This document shows, one piece after another, positions 55,840 to 64,000 of a DNA stretch of 64,000 bases. Below the pieces are notes generated by a model that was given only the letters and a program-made list of their open reading frames with translations, made no database searches and was not told the origin of the DNA. The DNA is taken from NCBI GenBank assembly GCA_964016885.1, contig OZ024742.1:209870001-209934000 (forward strand), in the 5' to 3' direction. This stretch comes from Eledone cirrhosa (taxonomy: Eukaryota). Every line of letters starts with the position of its first letter. The stretch's first letter is position 1. The position numbers and the translations under genes are program-made.

Positions 55840-56973
55840 ACCATCCTTGGAAACCCTTTTAAATAGTACCTAGTGCGCCTATGACAATCGGGACGACCTT
55901 GATTTCACGGCAGTTCTAAATCCTTTTTACATCCCACTTTAAACCCTGGTATCCTTTTCTTGCACTCTCGTGTCAAATGGGCAGGCTACATCTACAATCA
56001 GGCATGATCTTTTTTGCTTGTCCAAAACCACCAGGTCTGTGGATCTCTAAATTCAGTTTTCTCAAAGAAGGTACTATGAAGGGATTTTTCATGAAGGTTG
56101 CTCTTCCTCCTTGTTTGTTATTTCCTTCTTGGATATCCCCTGGCCTATTGTCCTCTCCTTCAGTACAATTCTGAGCATTGTCTCCCTACTGTCAGTCACG
56201 TATTTCTGCAGGTTGTTTTTCTCCATCTGAACACAGTCCTCTATGCTGATAAGACCTCTTCCACATTCAGAGCTCTTTAAGTAGAGTCTATCGACATCAC
56301 TCCTCTTGTGGAACATGTTGTAGATAATCAATAGCTTCCTAGTCTTCCTATCCATTTCTTTTTGTTCAGCAACATTCCATTTCAGAATTCCCACACTGTA
56401 CCTAATAATAGACACAGCTCGGGAATTCACTGCACTTATTACATTCCTACTATTTAGATGTGATTTGAATACGCTCCTTACTCTCCTAATGTACTCAGAT
56501 CTTATCAATTCCTTCATTTTTTTGTTATTGATGTCATCTGCCTTCAGGACACCTAAATATTTGAATCCTTCTTCAATGTCAATTTCCTTTATCATCTCAC
56601 ATGTTGTGTTGGTACCTGGATTCCGTTGCTTCTGCTCAATTTACCCCCTTCATCACAAGGACTCCACACTTACTAATACCAAATTGCATACATATATCAT
56701 TTCTGAAAATACGGACAGTGTCAACAAGCACATCCAACTCCTTCTCACTCTTCCCAAAGAGCTTAAGATCGTCCATGAAGAGGAGGTTATTGATGGTAAG
56801 CTCTCCCTTTCCCAACTTGTATCCTGCTCTGACTTTTCGCAGTATAATGGTCAGAGGGATCAGGGCAAGGACAAACAACAGAGGGGACAAACTATCTCCC
56901 TGGAAGATACCTCTCTTGATCCTCACGCCTCCCAAGGATTCTCCGCCCGATGTTAACTCTGTTTTCCAGGACT

Positions 56974-56977
<4 letters not shown>
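55840..56977 (-). pseudogene. Older Dong/R4-type LINE fragment
   Basis: GIFQGDSLSPLLF, LLFMDDLKL, FKYLGV, DVDRLY..GRGLIS, remnant VVPIVIGALG. Confidence 0.88.

Positions 56978-57029
<52 letters not shown>
56976..57029. repeat. (TAA)n tract at the 3' end of the Dong/R4 element
   Basis: Direct inspection. Confidence 0.95.
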
Positions 57030-57031
<2 letters not shown>

Positions 57032-60000
57032 AGCTGCATTTATCTTGCTTAATGTTCATACGAGTTATCACCAAGTCACAACCAGTGACCTCAAGCGACA
57101 ACAAGGTCCGCCATGTTCAAGAAAGGATATACATACACACACATGCATCTTTAGGTGTTTAGACTTGTGATGTACTTATATTGACAGAATCTTCCTTAGT
57201 ATATGGGCAGTTCCCATTAGTACTATCTTTTGTATTTCTCCTATACGCGGGTTTCCTGGGATTTGCGATAAGTAATCATTAGACCCCTTAGGTATCATTC
57301 CTAGAGCGCCTACAACCACTGGTATTGTTTTAGTTCTCAATTTCCACATTTTTCCAATTTCTATCTCCAGATCCTTATACTTGCTCAATTTTTCAAATGT
57401 TTTTATAGATACATTCTTGTCTATTGGAACGGACATATCAATTAGCAGGCATACCCTCTTTTTAAAGTCCTTCAGTATTATATCAGGTCTATTTGCATCT
57501 ATTTTTCGGTCTGTTTGGATGCTAAAGTTCCACAAGATTGAGATGTGATCTTTTTCAAGTATGGGAGGTGGTTGATGCTCCCACCAATTCTTTTGATGGG
57601 GCAGGTCAAAATGCTTACACATTATCCAATGTATGTATTGTGCAGCTCTGTCATGCCTGTTTAGGTATTCAGTTGGAGCTATAGGACTGCACATTGAAAT
57701 TATATGATCAATGGTCTCTGGTTGTTTTTTACATACACGGCATAATGGGCTGCACCCATTTTTTATTATGTTGGCTTGGTAATTTTTTGTTGGCAGACAC
57801 TGATCTTGTGCCGATATAATCAGTCCTTCAGTCTCCGATTTCAGTCCAGAGGATGCCAACCACTGATGGATTAAAGTTTTGTCAACATCAGGATTGTTAG
57901 CTCGCTCTGGGTATTTTCCATACAGAGGCTTTTCTTGCCATTTCTTAGCCAGTTTCTGTAGCAGTTCTTTCTTTGCAGTTACTTTTACCTGCTTTGCTTT
58001 TTCTGTGTTTTCCATTTCAGCAGTAAATGGGACTTCTGAAATTTGTAGTCTATTACTGTATCGTTGTGCATCTTTTGTAATGGAGTATGATCTTTTGATG
58101 CTTTCGTGTTTCAAAACGAGTTTGATCATCCAATCATGTGATTCCATTAGATATGTAGATAATCCAATTGTTGCAGTTTTCAACGCAATATCTAACTGGA
58201 TTAACCCACGTCCTCCTTCTTTCCTAGGGAGATATATTTTTACTGTACCTGCTTTAGGGTGATGCATTCTGTGCATGGTTAAGAATTTTCGAATTTTTGT
58301 ATCGAGCCTACGGATCTCTGTGCTTGACCAGTTGATGACATTGTAACTGTAGGTTACTACTGGTATGGCAAGCGTGTATATGGCATTGGATCCTATTCCT
58401 TGCATTCAATTCCGTTCTTAAGATTGCTATTACTCTGCGGTAACATTCCTTCCTTATCCTTTCCCTCATTGTCGAGTGCTTGATTCCGTCTCCTTCACAA
58501 ACACCTAGATATTTGTAAGTTTCCTCTTGATCAAGTTCTCTTATCACATTCCCCCGATCAAAATTAATGTCTGAACTCTTCAGCAGCTTTCCTCTGGTGA
58601 ACGTTGCTTTGGCGCATTTATCTAGTCCAAGCTCCATTTTAATGTCATCACTGAACTGCTCCACAGTGGATAATATCCCTTGCAATTGTTCATCATATTT
58701 TGCAAATAGTTTCAGGTCATCCATGTAGAAGAAGTGATTAATGGTTTTGTCATAGACTTTATATCCATGTTTTGTTTCATTGAGCATTTTACTTAATGGT
58801 ATAAGTGCGATGCAGAATAAAAGCGGTGATAAAGAGTCACCCTGAAAAATTCCACAATTAATATTAACTTCTCCAGCTTCCAGTGATTTTGTTTCACTAT
58901 TCAAAAGGAGTGTCATTTTCCATGTCTTCATACTGAATGACAAGAACCTCCTGACAACGGGAGATATTTTGAAAATCTCTAAACATTTTTCAATCCAACT
59001 GTGTGGCAAACTATCGAATGCTTTTTTATAATCTATTCAAGCAATTGATAGATTTTTGTGTCTATTATGACAATCTTCCAGTATCATTTTGTTAACCAAA
59101 AGCTGATCCTTATATGAGCCTCGTTTACACCCTTTCTGCTCATTGGGAAATAGGTCATTTGTTATCAGGTGGTCATATATATATTCAGTTAGGGCTGATG
59201 TTAAAATTTTATACATTGTGGTCAAGCAAGTTATCGGTCTGTAATTTTTGGGATTGTTTGTCTCGTCATTCTTCGGAAGCAGGAATGTAATGCCGTTAAC
59301 TAGCCATGATGGTATCTTTTCTGGCTCCTTAACTATTTCATTGTAAAGTTGGGCTAACAGCTCATGAGACTCTGTGAAGGCATTTATCCAAAAATTTGGT
59401 ATTTTGTCTTTTCCTGGGGATTTTCATTTGCTGGTTTTTCTAAGAGCCAAACGCAACTGTTCAACTGTTATATTTTCCAATATTTGTTCCTCAAGGTGAG
59501 CTGTATCTTTCATTTGTCTGTCTATCCATGGGGCATGTATATTATGAACTTTTTCTTCGGCCCAGATCTTTTCCCAGAATTCTTGTACTTCCTCCTTGGG
59601 TGGTATTGATTTAGCAGTTATTGTTGACTTACCAATTTTTCTGTAGAAGTTTCTTTGGTTGTTTTTGAACATATTATTATCCTTATAGAATCTAGATCGT
59701 TTTTCAAAGCGCCTTATACGAGCAGCTTTGGCTGACACTTTTTGCTTGATTATTTCTATCAGCATCTCTATGTCACTTGTTGATTTTATACTGTATTTTC
59801 TTTTCAATTTTCTAAGTTTAGTTTGTTTAACATGTTCACCTACTTTGTAGTTTGTTAAAATTTCTATGTCAGATCGGAGAAGGTTTATTTGGCGATTGAT
59901 GTTCTCTTGCCAAGTAGATTTCTTGTGGGAATTCCGTTGTTTTTTCATTTTCACTCCACATAAGTGAGTTGTGACTTTAGCCGATGCATAATAGAGATGA

Positions 60001-61010
60001 TTTAAATCAGTAATGTTTAGTTTGTTTGTGATGATAATGTTTTTGAGAATTATGTTAGTCTTGTGTATTATCTTTTGGTTCTGTTTGGAGTTCTGGATCT
60101 TAGGGAGGGTGTCTCGTTCCCCCATGTCAGATTCTTTCATTTTCATCCATTCGATCATAATTTCATCCTTCAAGTTGGCAAGTTCATTCTCATTCATTTC
60201 TTTATTATTTACGATCTCATTATTTTCATTTTGAGTTTCATCTTGAGAATGCACTCCTCCACTTTTTCGATCCTTTCTTTAATTTGTTCTGTTGTCAGTG
60301 ATTCCGCCCCAACCCTGGGATTCGAAGTGTTACAATTTACCTCGTTTTCACTGACACATGTTTCATTTTCCCTTCGCTGACTTTGTGCTAATAGCTTGAT
60401 CTGATCAATTTCTATATCAGTTAGTAACTTTTTTGTAACAATATTTCTTCGTATATTGGCTAGTTTGTTACTGTCGATATAGCCTCTGTTTTCGGGATGT
60501 TTCTTTTTCCAGTTGATATATGTCTGTTCTGTATTCGATATATTTGATGGGTAGTACATGACAGTGTAGAAAGCCTCAAGGACTTCTTTATTATCTTCCC
60601 TTGACCATTTTTCTCTCTTTTTCTTTGGATTTCTTGGTGGTGATCATAGAGGGCCAACAGTATAAGTATTCCGATTATGGGAGGTCTCCAGCTGCGAAGT
60701 GATGGGAAGGTTTGAACCATTGGCTCATTTTTCGACCCCAGTCTGGTTCTTCTCTGAGGGACGCGGCCCTTTTTCACCCGGGTGACGGCCGATCCGGTAT
60801 GAGATTTTATCATTTGATATTTACTTTATTTTGTCGCGTTTTATCCTTATCCGCCAAGGGGTAATCATTTCGTGTTACCACTTCTAGGACGAGTGTCAAC
60901 CAAGACTAGAGGGGTCGTCCTCCCCAGAGACACGGCTATTCCCCGCCGGCCGCCATCCCGGTATTTCTTGGTCACGGGGTTTTCTTTTTGTTGTTTTTTA
61001 AATTGTTATT
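57030..61010 (-). mobile_element. Near full-length Dong/R4 non-LTR retrotransposon (RT + CCHC + RLE), frameshifted
   Basis: EQKGC, GIFQGDSLSPLLF, FYMDDLKL, YKYLG, CRVC..ETIDHI..C, RHD, RPDII..IDMSVP..KLSKY, VVVGALG. Confidence 0.93.
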
Positions 61011-61968
61011 ATCATGAGTGGTTCCTTAATGTGAGCATTGCGTGGCTTAAGAATGAAATTATTAATAATATAATATACTTTTTGCCGAAGTTGCCTGTTA
61101 TTGTTGTTGGCTATGTCGGTGGTGGGCTGGAGCTTTTTCTATTGTTGGTGGGGAAGGGGGAGCCAGCAGTGCCAGAGTCGTTGATTTTTTTACTGAGTCA
61201 CTAAGTCAATCTATTTATATCTTTTGCTAGCCTCTCCTCTCCCTTGTCTAGTGATACCGCCACCTTCCCCTTTCTTAAGTTAACAGAAGGTAATGGGGGA
61301 ATAGTGGTGGTAGCAATGAAGGAGTGGTGGCGGCGTTGATGGGATAGTGGTAGCAATGATGGATGGAGTGGTGGCGGCGGCGGTGACTATAGTGATGGCG
61401 TTGTCGTTACTGAGTTCTGTTGAATAGACTGTAGTAGGATGCGTTTGTTTGATCTGTATATCTATGCGGTTTGTCGCGTATGTTTAATATATGTGTTGAC
61501 ATATATCTTAATATTTGAATTAAACATTTTGAGAAAACTTGAGACACAATAATAATAGTAATTATTATTATTATGCTGGGATTGGTGGTGGTGGTGGTGA
61601 AATTGCCGTTATCTGGCTGTTGTATTTAGTGTACACAGAGGGGTGATGGGATAGGTGGTGTATCTAGTTTGTGGTGTTGGTGAAATTGCTGTTATTTGGC
61701 TGTTCTATATAATGTAGACAGAGGGGGTTTTCTTCCATTTATAACCATTTTCTTTTTTGAATATAAAATTTATAATACAAAATTGAATATTTGAGCGATA
61801 TAACAGGATATTATGGATCCGAATTTTCTGAGAGTTGAGGCTGTTGCTTTATGTATCATTTGTACTAAGAATTGTTATATCACAATTGTTTTAAATATGT
61901 TAAAAATCAAAAACTTACGAGAGCGATTTCATGAACTTCTATCCACCACGTGCGTCTTCTTCTTCTTC

Positions 61969-62030
<62 letters not shown>

Positions 62031-63364
62031 GGCGACCTACGTATGAAATCATATCATCGTGAGCTCCGCAAATGTTTGTTGTTTTCGTTCGTTTAAAATT
62101 GCCATTTATGGAAAATTTTTGTTGTTAACTGTTTACAAAGTCACAAAATTTGCTTTCGGAAAAGGACACTCAAAAGGATTGGGGCCTTGAGCCCAAAATT
62201 TAAACTTTTATAATTATCAAACAAAAATTTCTTTGAAAAATTCATGGACGACTCACAGCTACGCCAAGCAACTGAGAGCCTTGCTCACAAACTAACACCT
62301 CACACCAACACCACCATTGTAAATATTACTACGTTTGCCAACACTAAAAATATAAGCAGTAGCAATAATGTAAATTTTTCTCATGCAGACATTCATTTCC
62401 CGCCATTACCAATGACTGCAGGTGTTGAAGCCGCCACCCCACCACCACCACAGTGACAACAGAAACAAAAGAAAAAAATAAATTATCTCGTGACATCGAA
62501 ATGGATTCACCCAAAATGGACTCTTCCACACCGAACACCACTGACGCCACCACCACCACAACTGAAACTAAAAATAACAATAACAAAAATAACAATAACA
62601 ACAACAGCAACAACAACAATGTGAATAACAATACCGTGTCTTTGCCAAAGCAGCCAAGAAATGCGAAACAATCCAGGTAACTCAGGAGGAATTAGATGAA
62701 GCCAAGAGAATGGTAAAGAAAGATGGGTACAGGGTCTGCCTCCCCCTCCCCCACCCCCACCCCCATTTAAATAGCTTGATAAATCGCACATCGTGGTAGG
62801 CGAAACTAACACACAATATATACCAAAGTGACGATAGAACTAATCAGGTTGAGAAAAGTACACCTGGACAAATCAAACGAACAATCGTTTAAAGTGTTTC
62901 TTTGAATCCGAAATCAAATATCAGACTTACGTGAAAGGCAAGCTCATGGTATTGGTGATCGAACGGAGGATTCAGTTTATCAACAGGTTTATCGTTCTTC
63001 CTAGGACCGGAGTGATAAATTATATGTTGCTGCTACATGCTGCTTATCGTATCTATAGTTATCACGTGTTAATTCCGGCAAGGGAAATAACCCCCGGTTT
63101 TAGGCAGTTCATTCAAAATGTTAGCGAAAGGAAATATTTTAATTTACGCTAATCATCATGATAAGCTCTCGACTAGATGTTATAAAACAAACAAAATAAT
63201 TAACCAATCAACAGAATTATCTGATTAAATTAATTAGTTAATTATTAAATCTAGGAGAATAATATAATTGGAAATCAGTAAAATCGAATCTCTGGCGGTT
63301 TGCAAGTAAATTCGGCCTACTTATATGAAATGATGAGTTAGCAAAGCACTCGATAAGATCGGAC

Positions 63365-63427
<63 letters not shown>

Positions 63428-63557
63428 ATACTTTGGGAGGGTCATGTTGCCAATAAGATATATATATATATATATATATATACATATTTATGTATATATA
63501 TATATATATATACATATATATATACATAAATATGTATATATATACATATATATATAC

Positions 63558-63642
<85 letters not shown>

Positions 63643-63938
63643 AACTCTGCTGATTCAGATGTGTGGCATTGACAACTATGGATCTCACTGGCCTGAGGTC
63701 TTGTATCAGGTTACCTGTGAACCTTCACAATATTAAGGAGATCATAGTTCACTAGTTCTCTTTGAACATGGCTGCGACTGTGGCTCCTGAGACCAGATTT
63801 GTTCTTTCCACACTCAGGTCACACCAATTTAATGGAGACACCGTTCGTTTCGAGAGATACACCAGGACATTGCTTACGCACATCCCGTTTGATCTTCTCG
63901 TGCTCTATTTGTCTGTATGTATGTATGTATGTACATAC

Positions 63939-64000
63939 ATGGTGGCTGCCAACTAGTTTTCGAGTATGGCCACTACTTTATATCCATGTAGGAGAACCCC
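63939..64000 (-). mobile_element. RTE-like 3' end, cut by the window edge
   Basis: Matches the first ~60 bp of 7157 and 52850. Confidence 0.7.

Noticed and set aside
61020-62990. Host gene with Asn/Thr/Pro-rich N-terminus
   Set aside because: Short stop-interrupted low-complexity frames; possibly decayed LINE ORF1 remnants but not supportable.

Overview
AT-rich, microsatellite-saturated animal DNA. The SINE types and (TA)n/(CA)n load suggest a coleoid cephalopod such as an octopus (inference). Almost all short ORFs in the track are microsatellite translations, and no host gene can be assembled (one candidate 91-nt exon only). The window is a nest of retroelements: five Penelope-like elements or fragments (three with the CxCx5C/YRDD Naiad-type signature, one of them near full-length with two ~730-bp pseudo-LTRs), a near full-length Dong/R4 LINE ending at (TAA)n, an older R4 fragment, a CRE-type LINE with an N-terminal PHD finger, two Tx1/L1 3' ends in (GATA)n, RTE 3' fragments, tRNA-SINEs, Helitron ends and MITEs. 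Two signals stand out. (1) The near-complete Naiad-type element has an in-frame TGA exactly at a conserved zinc-binding Cys, plus a SECIS-like stem-loop after its TAA, making it a candidate selenoprotein-encoding retrotransposon. (2) About 19 hammerhead ribozyme motifs were found by eye, several with ~95-115-nt structured insertions in stem II and compensatory changes between copies, carried by short non-coding elements in (TA)n that often form long palindromes. All structure calls were made by manual base-pairing, not by software.
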